Of a DNA stretch of 64,000 nucleotides, positions 1 through 9,477 are shown piece by piece; position 1 is the first letter of the stretch, and each line of letters opens with the position of its first letter. The stretch is from a virus. A model generated the notes under the pieces. That model saw only the letters and a list, made by a program, of their open reading frames with translations. It made no database searches and had not been told where the DNA came from. The stretch covers positions 32,001 to 96,000 of the IMG/VR virus record IMGVR_UViG_3300020048_000044; one strand, written 5' to 3'. A program made the position numbers and the translations under genes.

Positions 1-196
1 GGATTTTTAAACGCAAGTGAGGAAGTTAAGGCTGATGATTATTGGGATAAGAAGACTGGAACAATGAGCGATTGGTATATTGAAAGTCTTGCTGAAAAAA
101 TAATTCGAAAAGATTACATTTAAAATTAGGAATTGTCAATTTTTATTATTACCTTTGTATCATACTAATAATTAATAATCTTTAAATCCAAACGTC

Positions 197-607
197 ATGA
201 AAAAAGTAACTGTATTCGTACCAATCGAAATGAACATTGAAGGAATCGATAGAACTTCAGAAGTTCAAAGAATATTAACCGCAATGGCAGAAATTATCAG
301 CCAGTCTGAATTAGAAGCTGACCCACGTATCAACGTAGAACTTGTTGGTGATGCCGAAATCGTTAATGACGATAATAACTTCACACCAAAAGAAAAAGCT
401 ATCTTATCAGAAGCTGGTGAACTTTTATCAGTTGATGATGATGATGATTTAATCTTCATGGTTAAAGCTATTATCAACCACGAAAACCAAGATGAATTAA
501 TTGACCACATTGATGGTGTTTATGTTTGGCAAAAGGTTGAACTTGAATTCACAGCTAAAGAATTTTGTGAAAAAATAGGTTATACTGGAAACGAATTTAA
601 AAACTAA
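197..607 (+). CDS. hypothetical protein
   Basis: ORF directly after promoter at 150. Confidence 0.8.
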   Translation: MKKVTVFVPIEMNIEGIDRTSEVQRILTAMAEIISQSELEADPRINVELVGDAEIVNDDNNFTPKEKAILSEAGELLSVDDDDDLIFMVKAIINHENQDELIDHIDGVYVWQKVELEFTAKEFCEKIGYTGNEFKN

Positions 608-613
608 GTAATT

Positions 614-985
614 ATGGCAAAAGAAGTTATGTGTCCAAAATGTGGTAGCCACAAAGTACACAGTTACGATAATGAAAGTCTTTCACATCCATCTGCTGAT
701 GAAATTGGAAACGAAGATTGTATGCAATATGACAATGAAGTTTATGTAATGTTTGAATGCGATAGTTGTGGTGAAAACTTTAAAAAAGTTTTCGATATGA
801 TTCTTCAAGAGAAACAAATTAGCGTTGTTGGTAGTATTAAAACACCACTTGAAATGACACAAGCTATACTTAAATCGATTAATAAGGTTGATGCACCCGA
901 AGAAGTTTTGATTGAAACTTACATTGACATAATGATTAAGCGACACGTGAAAGAAGCTATTGATGAATATATTAAAAACAATTAA
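614..985 (+). CDS. zinc-ribbon protein
   Basis: CPKC...CDSC. Confidence 0.65.
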   Translation: MAKEVMCPKCGSHKVHSYDNESLSHPSADEIGNEDCMQYDNEVYVMFECDSCGENFKKVFDMILQEKQISVVGSIKTPLEMTQAILKSINKVDAPEEVLIETYIDIMIKRHVKEAIDEYIKNN

Positions 986-997
986 AAACTAAACGTT

Positions 998-1687
998 ATG
1001 GGTGGATTTTGGACTCCAAAAAGTGTCTTTAAAGGCACTAATGCAGATGGTAGTAAATTTACTGTAAAAGAATGGGAATGGGGTAGTTTAGGTAGTGGAA
1101 TGCCAGGTCTTGGTGGTGTTGTAGGTATCTTGGTTGCTATAATGTTTACATCACTTATCGCTCCATTGATGCTGATTCTATCAGTATTGAGTTACAAAGG
1201 TAAATACCAAGTGACAAGTATAATTGGTATTGTAATTGGTGCTTATTTTTTATACGATGCGAACCATTTTTGGATGGCTAGCCAGTTAACTTCAATTTTA
1301 TTTGGTAGTAAGTTTGTCGCTTGGTGTGTCGCAATGACAACAGCCAGTATAGTTTGTCACATTGTATTATTATTAACGACACTAATAACTAAAGGTGAAA
1401 TCTTTTCTTATAGTAATACAATAAGGAATGATAAAAATGGCGGTATTTTAATGTTTATACTTGTTTGTGTCTTTTTAGTAACTTATCACTTAACTAAAAG
1501 TGTCACCAAAAACCATGGGACATATAACGAATACGAGAAACAAGATATTGCTAAAAAGAAGACAGAGGATAGCGTATTAAATCTTAGTAGTGAACAAATG
1601 GAAGATTACTACAATGATAAATATGAAAAACAGTGTCTTGAAAGAGGTGATTCACCCGAAGAAGCCCATAGAATAAGCCATGAATAA
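998..1687 (+). CDS. multi-pass membrane protein
   Basis: several hydrophobic segments. Confidence 0.7.
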   Translation: MGGFWTPKSVFKGTNADGSKFTVKEWEWGSLGSGMPGLGGVVGILVAIMFTSLIAPLMLILSVLSYKGKYQVTSIIGIVIGAYFLYDANHFWMASQLTSILFGSKFVAWCVAMTTASIVCHIVLLLTTLITKGEIFSYSNTIRNDKNGGILMFILVCVFLVTYHLTKSVTKNHGTYNEYEKQDIAKKKTEDSVLNLSSEQMEDYYNDKYEKQCLERGDSPEEAHRISHE

Positions 1688-1694
1688 AATAAAT

Positions 1695-1745
1695 AAAAAA
1701 ATATCACATTTTGTTAGGAAATGTGATATTTTTTTTATACCTTTG
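1695..1745 (+). terminator. terminator hairpin fused with promoter
   Basis: AAAAAAATATCACATT/AATGTGATATTTTTTT stem, -33 box in the loop, TACCTTTG at 1738. Same design at 7788, 32333, 33986, 34945, 35422, 38073, 39131, 47008, 47265. Confidence 0.8.
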
Positions 1746-1776
1746 TATCATACTAATCAATTAATACTTGTCAGTT

Positions 1777-2034
1777 ATGAAAACAATCACATTTAAAGGA
1801 AAAGAATATCCAACAAGAACATTTAACGTTGTATCTGAGGGTATTGATACTCAAATAACAATAGCTACTGATTCATTGTCAGAAGCTTTGATGAATGGTA
1901 AGATTGAGGATGGTGAAGCCATAGATAATGAAATCTACTTTTATGTAGAAGATGAAGTTATCCTTTTGTCGGGAGAAGAAATCTGTAAAGAACATTTGGA
2001 TATCGAAATGGAATTTATATCCGAAGAATTGTAA
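1777..2034 (+). CDS. hypothetical protein
   Basis: ATG after promoter leader. Confidence 0.75.
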   Translation: MKTITFKGKEYPTRTFNVVSEGIDTQITIATDSLSEALMNGKIEDGEAIDNEIYFYVEDEVILLSGEEICKEHLDIEMEFISEEL

Positions 2035-2037
2035 TCT

Positions 2038-2346
2038 ATGGATAATAACATTCATCATACACTCCTTGACATGGATGATTTGTATAGAAGACTATCACAT
2101 AGTCAGACATACTATTATCTAATGGGTTTGAGACAAATTAAACATGATGTTGGTCAAACCAAGAGTTGGTTGGAAACTAAACCAAGAACCCTTAGAAATG
2201 AGGAACTTTTATATCTTTCAAATAAAACATTATACTACGTTGATAGGAATATCTATACACTAGAAAATGTCTTAAGATGCTTTGAAACAAAGGTATATGA
2301 AAAACGCACATTATTCAATCGATTTGAAACACTTTGGTTAAACTAA
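2038..2346 (+). CDS. hypothetical protein; its stop codon lies in the first AAC box of the cassette array
   Basis: ORF track; AACTAAC at 2341-2347. Confidence 0.7.
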   Translation: MDNNIHHTLLDMDDLYRRLSHSQTYYYLMGLRQIKHDVGQTKSWLETKPRTLRNEELLYLSNKTLYYVDRNIYTLENVLRCFETKVYEKRTLFNRFETLWLN

Positions 2347-2448
2347 CGGTTGGCAATATGAAACGGTTGCCTAATAAGACGTTTCAAATTTAGTAATAAC
2401 TTGACGGCAACTGTTTTATATTGCTTTAGGTAAAGTAATTTAATTATC

Positions 2449-2661
2449 ATGAAAAAAATAGTAGTAGCTTATTGGAAAGAACGTGATTTAATACCTTACT
2501 TTGAACATAACTCTGAATTTGAATATTCTGTTGAAAAGCAAAGTGAGATAGTAAATATAATAATTGAACGAGGACTATCAGTAATGGTAAGACCTAATAT
2601 AGGAACGTATCAAGATACTTTGCTGATTTATATAGACAAAGGTAGATTTGGACAGTCTTAA
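2449..2661 (+). CDS. cassette ORF 1, hypothetical
   Basis: between elements 1 and 2. Confidence 0.75.
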   Translation: MKKIVVAYWKERDLIPYFEHNSEFEYSVEKQSEIVNIIIERGLSVMVRPNIGTYQDTLLIYIDKGRFGQS

Positions 2662-2765
2662 ATTGTGCCTAACGGTTGAGGCTAAACAATCGTTGCTTTT
2701 CGCAATGTTGTTTTAGCCTGTCTTAGTGGGGCTTTAGCCTTTACAGTTAAATTATTAAAAAAGAC

Positions 2766-2996
2766 ATGGTGATAAAAATAAACAAAATTTATAGAAGCAA
2801 AACAAGCAAGTATAAGATTGTTGAAAGAATTGATTGTGAAAATAATCCTTGTTATCACATTAAATTAGGATATAGGGGAATTTTATATCGTTGGGGTGAA
2901 TTACCAATTCATTACACTTTAGAAGAGGCTAAAATAACAATTCCTAATTTGATAGAATTAGATAAAGATAAACAACGATTTTGGTGGCTTTTTTAA
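2766..2996 (+). CDS. cassette ORF 2, hypothetical
   Basis: between elements 2 and 3. Confidence 0.75.
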   Translation: MVIKINKIYRSKTSKYKIVERIDCENNPCYHIKLGYRGILYRWGELPIHYTLEEAKITIPNLIELDKDKQRFWWLF

Positions 2997-3078
2997 TAAT
3001 TTAATTGCCACTAACGGTTACATATAACTGGTGTTGCCATTTTGAAATACAAATATTAAATTAAAAACAAATATAAAT

Positions 3079-3294
3079 ATGAAAGTAGAAATTAAAATAA
3101 CAGACGAAACTGGCAATGTTCAGTTATATGATGTTATACCATCGTTGTTTACAGAAGAAGGTATTGATAAAATTTTTGCATTTAGTGATGATGTACATTA
3201 TTTGGGGGATTTTATAGATGAAAATAATTGTAAAATTATGAAAGAAGGTGCAAAAATTTTATTACAAAAAATATTAAAAAACAATGTGGTATAA
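3079..3294 (+). CDS. cassette ORF 3, starts inside element 3
   Basis: N-terminus GNVQLYDVIPS is encoded by the hairpin arm. Confidence 0.7.
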   Translation: MKVEIKITDETGNVQLYDVIPSLFTEEGIDKIFAFSDDVHYLGDFIDENNCKIMKEGAKILLQKILKNNVV

Positions 3295-3356
3295 CGACTG
3301 CGTGTATGGAACGTTGCTTACACAGAACTTAATTAGAAACACTAAATTTTAAAAAT

Positions 3357-3569
3357 ATGAATAAAAATAATAAAAAAAATGGGCAGCAATGTGCTATACA
3401 CGATGTTAGCAAACGTTATTTTTTAATTAGAAGATATAATTGTGGAACGTATAATCCACAAACACAAAAAATGGATACAGATATTATTGGTATCACTACT
3501 GATGAAGAATATGCTAAAAGCAGACAATCAGTATTTTGTGGATATGAAGAAGTATGGATGCTGTCATAA
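3357..3569 (+). CDS. cassette ORF 4, starts inside element 4
   Basis: N-terminus QQCAIHDVSKRY is encoded by the hairpin arm. Confidence 0.7.
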   Translation: MNKNNKKNGQQCAIHDVSKRYFLIRRYNCGTYNPQTQKMDTDIIGITTDEEYAKSRQSVFCGYEEVWMLS

Positions 3570-3649
3570 TGTTTGCTAACGTAAAATGTATGGTGTCGTG
3601 GCTGCCATTAATCAAAGCCACATAGTTTCAAAACTTAACAAACTTTAAT

Positions 3650-3844
3650 ATGGAAAACGAACTTTCAAAAACCGAGCAGCCATGCACTATACATAGTGTT
3701 ATGCCTCGTTATTCTTCAATTGATATAGAATCTCAAAAGAAGAAAATAAGGCAAAATTTTGGTATTGGTGTAGATTCACAGTATTTGGCTCAATTATGGA
3801 ATCAACTTCATAAAATGCGTGGTTATGTTTCATATCAACTATAA
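3650..3844 (+). CDS. cassette ORF 5, starts inside element 5
   Basis: N-terminus EQPCTIHSVMPRY is encoded by the hairpin arm. Confidence 0.7.
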   Translation: MENELSKTEQPCTIHSVMPRYSSIDIESQKKKIRQNFGIGVDSQYLAQLWNQLHKMRGYVSYQL

Positions 3845-3896
3845 TGAGGCATAACTCGTTGCTAGCCGCAATTTCAAACTTGAAACCACTAGTTAT

Positions 3897-4130
3897 ATGA
3901 CTGAATACGAGCAAAATATATTAGATAGAATATCTCAATTGATTCATGAGGGTAAATTATCAAACGAGTTCTTGGTTTCAAACTTGAAACTATCATGTGA
4001 TTACCTTAATTTAAAGCGATTATCAGATTATGAGAAGGAAACTGGTAAATCAACTCAAGGTCTTAGAAAACAACATAAAGATAAAATCATTAAAATATGC
4101 GATTTTCAATTATTCATTGATAATGATTAA
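3897..4130 (+). CDS. small putative DNA-binding protein
   Basis: HTH-like LSDYEKETGKSTQGLRK. Confidence 0.5.
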   Translation: MTEYEQNILDRISQLIHEGKLSNEFLVSNLKLSCDYLNLKRLSDYEKETGKSTQGLRKQHKDKIIKICDFQLFIDND

Positions 4131-4194
4131 AATAAATTTGGTATTCTCATTTATTATGTTTACCTTTGTCTTCTAATCAATTAATACTTGTACC

Positions 4195-4497
4195 ATGAAA
4201 GGACGCAAAACAATCAACGTAGACAAATTAAAAGCATTTGCCAATACACAATTAGCACGAACTGATAAAGATGCAACAGAAGACTTTAAAAGTGGTATAT
4301 GCGTGATGTTAGAAAAGGCTTTACACTTGAGTGGAAACTATAAAGGATATAATGACCTTTATTGGATTGAAACTGGTGCTAATGAATGGAGAACCATTGG
4401 CAACGAAACTGAGGTTTGGGAAGTAAAAAAAGATTATATCTATGGTACTCCCGATAGCAAATATCATGGAAACAAATTCTCTAGATTGTATTACTAA
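4195..4497 (+). CDS. hypothetical protein
   Basis: ORF after promoter. Confidence 0.8.
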   Translation: MKGRKTINVDKLKAFANTQLARTDKDATEDFKSGICVMLEKALHLSGNYKGYNDLYWIETGANEWRTIGNETEVWEVKKDYIYGTPDSKYHGNKFSRLYY

Positions 4498-4509
4498 AAA
4501 AGAAATCTC

Positions 4510-4947
4510 ATGTCATTAAAGAAAAATAATTCAGAATTACATATCGAATGGGAAAATGATTTACCTAAATTCGAGGAACCAAAAAAGATTAAAACAGTTG
4601 CAATTGTAGGCAATGTTGGTGCTGGTCATAGTTATGCTATACAAAGTGTTATGGAAGGTTTAAAAGTTATTGAAACACCAGTTGCTAGTGTTAGTGCTAC
4701 CACAAGTGATTCTTACTTAAACACTAGCAACTTTTTATATACTAACATGTATGAAGGGTTGGATTTTCCATCGATGTATAATGAACCGAATAAGTTACAA
4801 ATGCTTCGTAATTTAAACCTAACCAAAGAACAAATTAGGTCACTGATTGATTCGCCAAATGCAAGAATGGAAGACGAGAGTCAAGAGGACTATAAGGTTA
4901 GACGAATGTTGTATAAGCTTTATTTAAAATATCGAGAAGTTTTGTAA
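4510..4947 (+). CDS. hypothetical protein
   Basis: ORF track. Confidence 0.75.
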   Translation: MSLKKNNSELHIEWENDLPKFEEPKKIKTVAIVGNVGAGHSYAIQSVMEGLKVIETPVASVSATTSDSYLNTSNFLYTNMYEGLDFPSMYNEPNKLQMLRNLNLTKEQIRSLIDSPNARMEDESQEDYKVRRMLYKLYLKYREVL

Positions 4948-4958
4948 AATAGAAAACG

Positions 4959-5195
4959 ATGAAAATAAAAGAAATTAAATATAAAAGAGGTACGACTAAT
5001 ACCTTTGTTGTTACTTTTATACCAAACTGGTTTGAAAAACTACTTGGTATAAAAGAGCAAGAAGATGAATATAAAGCCAATGGCAATATATATACTTTTG
5101 GTGATGGTCATGTTTATCTTAAAAAAAACGGGGAATTCTTAGGTAATCATAACTATATTGGTGAAGCAATAGATAAATGGCGTAGAAGTTGGTAA
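4959..5195 (+). CDS. hypothetical protein
   Basis: ORF track. Confidence 0.75.
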   Translation: MKIKEIKYKRGTTNTFVVTFIPNWFEKLLGIKEQEDEYKANGNIYTFGDGHVYLKKNGEFLGNHNYIGEAIDKWRRSW

Positions 5196-5283
5196 TTTTT
5201 ATAAAATAATCCATTTATAATTAGGAATTCTCATTTTTTATTCTTACCTTTGTAATCTAATAATTAATCTAAATCCAAAAACA

Positions 5284-5619
5284 ATGGCAAAAATTTACTC
5301 CGCACCAAGCAGCATAACGGTACCAGTATTAGATTTTAAAAATCTTAGTAACTACGATAAAGACTGTGAAAAATTCAAAGCTGAATTATCAGCATTTTGT
5401 TTAGCAAGAAAAAAAGACAAAAATGTTGGAGAGGTTATCAGATTCCAAGTAGCCGATGGTTATGCAGAATATATGGTAGCTAGTACTAAACCAGTAGAAT
5501 TGATTCATTTACCATTTTGGGATTGCTACCAATTTGAATATGCACATTTATTGACCGCCAAGGAAATTCAAGGAAAAATTGACCAAGAAGCCGCATTAGC
5601 TAAATTATTTAAGAAATAA
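5284..5619 (+). CDS. hypothetical protein
   Basis: ORF after promoter. Confidence 0.8.
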   Translation: MAKIYSAPSSITVPVLDFKNLSNYDKDCEKFKAELSAFCLARKKDKNVGEVIRFQVADGYAEYMVASTKPVELIHLPFWDCYQFEYAHLLTAKEIQGKIDQEAALAKLFKK

Positions 5620-5656
5620 ATTTGGAATTGTCATTTTTTTTTCATACCTTTGTAAT

Positions 5657-5800
5657 ATGAAAAAATTAATACTTATATCCACAACAATATTATTCGCATT
5701 ATCATTTGCGACTGTAATATCTAACCTATTCGTTATGGTGTCTTCTAAATCACCATATGCACCGACAGACAAGTATATAACCATTAAAAAGAAACACTAA
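5657..5800 (+). CDS. small leaderless membrane protein (47 aa)
   Basis: ATG 5 nt after TACCTTTG; hydrophobic N-terminal half; TAATG overlap with next ORF. Confidence 0.6.
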   Translation: MKKLILISTTILFALSFATVISNLFVMVSSKSPYAPTDKYITIKKKH

Positions 5801-6084
5801 TGCAGAGACAATTTATTGAAGGTGAATTAAACACAGCAGAAGAACATAATATCAATTCTCTTATCATGTCACAAGCTAGTGACACAGCAGAAAAGCTAAC
5901 AGAATTGGAATGTAAAATAGCTGGTATTCAGTGTTATGTTGTTGAAATGGAGGGTGAAACAGAAGTTTCATCATATACCGAAGAAGCACAAGACATATTT
6001 AATGTTCATTATGATGAACAAATGACCGAATTATATGATTTGTTAAACGCACAATTAAAAGTAATGGAGGTTCAATATGAATAG
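5800..6084 (+). CDS. hypothetical acidic protein
   Basis: ORF track. Confidence 0.75.
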   Translation: MQRQFIEGELNTAEEHNINSLIMSQASDTAEKLTELECKIAGIQCYVVEMEGETEVSSYTEEAQDIFNVHYDEQMTELYDLLNAQLKVMEVQYE

Positions 6085-6286
6085 TGAACAAATTTATTGG
6101 ATTGTAAGTGGTATCATATTTGTTTCTTTAGCCATATGGATTATAAATTATCTAACTGGTTGTCCACATGATTGGAAAGTAATTGAACGATATGAAAAAA
6201 CAAGGAATAACAAACTAGTTGGATATACGCTACTTAAAGAATGTAATTATTGTCACAAATTAAAAAAAGAGGAGATTTTACTATGA
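6077..6286 (+). CDS. membrane-anchored small Zn-binding protein
   Basis: TM segment, CPH...CNYC. Confidence 0.6.
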   Translation: MNSEQIYWIVSGIIFVSLAIWIINYLTGCPHDWKVIERYEKTRNNKLVGYTLLKECNYCHKLKKEEILL

Positions 6287-6489
6287 AAAACTTTGCACTT
6301 AAAAATAGTCTAAAAGAACTACTTGAAGATGCGGCTAATATAGTTGTCACCAAAGGTAGTGTTAGTGGTTGTTCGATTGAAATTGAACATAAAAATGAAC
6401 CACTATGTTACGATAGCATTTGCTATAATGGTAAGGTTGCTGACCGTGACGCTGATTTCATTGAATTAACAACCTTATTGGGAGTTTAA
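6283..6489 (+). CDS. hypothetical protein
   Basis: ATG overlapping previous stop. Confidence 0.7.
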   Translation: MKNFALKNSLKELLEDAANIVVTKGSVSGCSIEIEHKNEPLCYDSICYNGKVADRDADFIELTTLLGV

Positions 6490-6490
6490 G

Positions 6491-6766
6491 ATGGAAGACA
6501 TGGAAAAAGAATTCAAGGAAGCACTTGAAAGAAAGATTAAAGAAGAAGCTGATGCTAAACAGATTGCACTTTTAAAGGTTAGACTTAAATTAACTATTCT
6601 TGAACTTGTTGTATTTTTAATTGGTGGTGGAATAGTATGGTACCAAATAAATGGTTATGTTTTATGCGGTATTATGTTGATGATGTGGGGTAATAACCTA
6701 ACACTCATGCGAGCAGCACACAAATTAAAAAATAATTTTTACAAGAAGGTTTGGCAAGATTCTTAA
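6491..6766 (+). CDS. membrane protein
   Basis: two hydrophobic segments. Confidence 0.7.
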   Translation: MEDMEKEFKEALERKIKEEADAKQIALLKVRLKLTILELVVFLIGGGIVWYQINGYVLCGIMLMMWGNNLTLMRAAHKLKNNFYKKVWQDS

Positions 6767-6954
6767 TCTTTACCTTCAAGACCAATTAATACTGGTAGTT
6801 CGTTATGTATTGAATCAAACCATTTTTCAGCTTCATCAAAAGATGCTGGTATTTTTTGTGTAGTTGGTTTAATAGTAATAGTTTTACTTGTTGAACAAGA
6901 AACTAGTGTTAGGGTTAAAATTAAAATTAAAATCTTCATACAAATAAATATCAA
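6763..6954 (-). CDS. small putative lipoprotein
   Basis: signal peptide with LVSC lipobox. Confidence 0.55.
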   Translation of the reverse strand: MIFICMKILILILTLTLVSCSTSKTITIKPTTQKIPASFDEAEKWFDSIHNELPVLIGLEGKD

Positions 6955-7011
6955 AATAAATTTGGTATTGTATTAAATAATTATTACCTTTGCGTTATTA
7001 AATTATTTTAT

Positions 7012-7374
7012 ATGACTAGGATAAATGTAGGCGTTAAACCAATTGAACTTACTAATAAACATTTGATGGCAGAACATCGTGAGGTAAAACGGGTTCCAAA
7101 TTGTGTTGCTAAAGGTAGATATAATCTTAATAATGCCCCTAAAGAATTTACACTAGGTAAAGGTCATATTTCATTTTTTTACTCACGTCTTGGATATCTT
7201 AAGAAAAGATACGAAGAACTATATGCTGAATGTATCAGACGAAAGATAAACGTTCAGTATTATGGTGGTGCTTGGGATAATGTACCAAAAGAATTAATGA
7301 ATGATTACGAACCACAAGAACGTGATAGACAAATCATTATGAAACGTATCAAAGAAAGACTTGAAAAAAAATAA
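7012..7374 (+). CDS. denV: pyrimidine-dimer DNA glycosylase (T4 endonuclease V family)
   Basis: MTRIN...HLMAEHRE..R...FTLGKGH..FF motifs. Confidence 0.92.
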   Translation: MTRINVGVKPIELTNKHLMAEHREVKRVPNCVAKGRYNLNNAPKEFTLGKGHISFFYSRLGYLKKRYEELYAECIRRKINVQYYGGAWDNVPKELMNDYEPQERDRQIIMKRIKERLEKK

Positions 7375-7404
7375 AAATAAATTGAAAAAAAAAATAAAAA
7401 TAAC

Positions 7405-7782
7405 ATGGAAAAAGATACTGTAGTATTAGACCTTAAAACATATAATGAGTTAAGGGACTTCAAAACTGAAATTCTAGAAGGTAAAACGTGTACTTTTTAC
7501 ACAGCATATAATGGTTACAACCACGATTTAAACACCAAGTTTATTACAAAAGATGAAACTATCATAGCACTTTCAGAAGAAAATGAAAGAATGGGTAAAA
7601 AAGACCAAGAACATGGTGAAGAACTTAGAAGACTTCGTAATGAATTTTCAACTGAACGTGAAAAAAACATTAGATTAACTAAAGAGTTGGGTTATTTTGT
7701 TGATGAAAACAATAAGTTAAATGAAACTTTCTTAAAAACAAAAAAAATGTCCATTTGGGAATTTATTAAATGGAGAAAATAA
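7405..7782 (+). CDS. coiled-coil hypothetical protein
   Basis: ORF track. Confidence 0.75.
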   Translation: MEKDTVVLDLKTYNELRDFKTEILEGKTCTFYTAYNGYNHDLNTKFITKDETIIALSEENERMGKKDQEHGEELRRLRNEFSTEREKNIRLTKELGYFVDENNKLNETFLKTKKMSIWEFIKWRK

Positions 7783-7866
7783 ATTATAAAAAAATGAGAA
7801 TATATTTGGTATTCTCATTTTTTTTATATACCTTTGTATCATACTAATAATCTAAATCCAATAGTT

Positions 7867-8094
7867 ATGAAAAAAGTAAAAGTTTTATTCGGACAAATGA
7901 CCCACTTTAACGAAGTAATCGATGGGTTTGACGGAGTAATCGTCCACTCAATCCAAAAGGTGATGATGGTTGATGAAGATAAGTTAGATGATGTTTGTGA
8001 AGATGGTCTTCACGAATTTGATTCTTATCTTGTTCCCGAAGAATATCAGTTTGAAGTAACTTATGAATGTGAAATACCTAAAATCGAAGAATAA
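7867..8094 (+). CDS. hypothetical protein
   Basis: ATG after promoter leader. Confidence 0.75.
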   Translation: MKKVKVLFGQMTHFNEVIDGFDGVIVHSIQKVMMVDEDKLDDVCEDGLHEFDSYLVPEEYQFEVTYECEIPKIEE

Positions 8095-8513
8095 TGAGAA
8101 AATATTTAAAATTTGAAATTTTAGCTTCAATCCTTTTAATTATTGTTATTTTATTAGTTGTTTTTGGTGTGTTTAGTACTAAACCTAATATTAAACCTAA
8201 TATTAAACAAATAGTAATAGTTAATGATACTAATTCTAACACAATTTATTCTAATGAAGTTTATAATGGTTACACAGTAAACAATTATGAGGATTTAGTT
8301 AATTATTTTGAAATAATGGATAGTTTAGAAATGGTTTATAATAAACCATTTAAAATGGTAACTGAATATCATGGTATTACTTTAATTGATTATGGTACAT
8401 TTAAAGAACTTGATTCAATCAAATGTATTCGTTATCATGAAATGGAACTTAAAATAAAAGAGCAAGAAATAGTTGAAAAACAATTAGAAGACTTAAATAA
8501 ACCTTGTAAATAA
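8094..8513 (+). CDS. membrane-anchored protein
   Basis: N-terminal TM segment. Confidence 0.7.
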   Translation: MRKYLKFEILASILLIIVILLVVFGVFSTKPNIKPNIKQIVIVNDTNSNTIYSNEVYNGYTVNNYEDLVNYFEIMDSLEMVYNKPFKMVTEYHGITLIDYGTFKELDSIKCIRYHEMELKIKEQEIVEKQLEDLNKPCK

Positions 8514-8938
8514 TGGAATATCTTGTAACAAAAACGATTCCAAAAGAGGAATTAACAGAATATAAAGACTACGTTGGATTCCTTTTCAAAAACGAAAATG
8601 GTGTTTACAATGTATGTGCCACCGAAGAAGATGTTATTAAGTCTAACCAGTGGTTCAAGAACCTACCATTGAATACTATCATTGTATCTGATGATAAGAT
8701 TGAAGTCGGTGATGCGTTTCTAGCTATTGCAACCAATCAAGAATTGAATGGCAAGACCTTTAAGTATCTAGGATTAACCAAGGATGCTGTTGATATTATT
8801 GACGTAAAGGATAAGGATGGTAAGATATTCAATTCAACAGTAGCATTACTGTATGGTTCATACAAGTTTATACGTAGAGCCAATGCTGAGGATAAGATGA
8901 AATTGGTCAATGGTAAAATTAATGTTAAATCATTTTAA
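8513..8938 (+). CDS. hypothetical protein
   Basis: ORF track. Confidence 0.75.
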   Translation: MEYLVTKTIPKEELTEYKDYVGFLFKNENGVYNVCATEEDVIKSNQWFKNLPLNTIIVSDDKIEVGDAFLAIATNQELNGKTFKYLGLTKDAVDIIDVKDKDGKIFNSTVALLYGSYKFIRRANAEDKMKLVNGKINVKSF

Positions 8939-8944
8939 CGTATT

Positions 8945-9151
8945 ATGGCAAAGATTGAAATAGAAATAGAAAATTGTAAAGGTTGTCCTCATTTTGAAGA
9001 AAAGAGGATGTATACTGCTGATTCATGGGAAATGGCATTTGATTGGTTTTGTAAAAAAGAGGATGGTAAAAAGATTAGTGGATATGTCGAATGGTATGAC
9101 GAAAAGAAAATTAAGATACCCGATTGGTGTCCATGTTTAATAAAAAAATAA
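8945..9151 (+). CDS. small Cys-containing protein
   Basis: CKGCP..C..CPC. Confidence 0.7.
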   Translation: MAKIEIEIENCKGCPHFEEKRMYTADSWEMAFDWFCKKEDGKKISGYVEWYDEKKIKIPDWCPCLIKK

Positions 9152-9177
9152 CTTTGTATAAATAAAAAAATAAAACT

Positions 9178-9423
9178 ATGAGAAAATTTACAGTAGAATC
9201 ACCAATAACTTATTGTTTTGCATCAAAACTAAATCCGATTATTAAAATTGATAGCAAGCGAAATATTACTATCCATCAAACAGTAAGAGAAAAACTAGAA
9301 GCCTTTGAAACTAGAAAGAAAAGTGATAAATTTTTAATCACTTGGGGTGGACAATGGCGTAGTGATGTATTTGAAATATCCGAAGCTGATATAAAATTAG
9401 TTTTAGCAAATAATTGGAAATAA
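9178..9423 (+). CDS. hypothetical protein
   Basis: ORF track. Confidence 0.7.
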   Translation: MRKFTVESPITYCFASKLNPIIKIDSKRNITIHQTVREKLEAFETRKKSDKFLITWGGQWRSDVFEISEADIKLVLANNWK

Positions 9424-9477
9424 ATTTGGTTTTCTAAATAATTTTTATTACCTTTGTCTTATCTAAAAAACAAAATT

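Larger units (their letters stand above)
2341..3855 (+). mobile_element. array of five attC-like gene cassettes (integrase-less, CALIN-like)
   Basis: Hairpin elements at 2341-2431, 2667-2728, 3009-3139, 3289-3411, 3574-3704 and a half-site at 3846-3855. The GTT box before each ORF is complementary to the AAC box after it. Confidence 0.75.
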
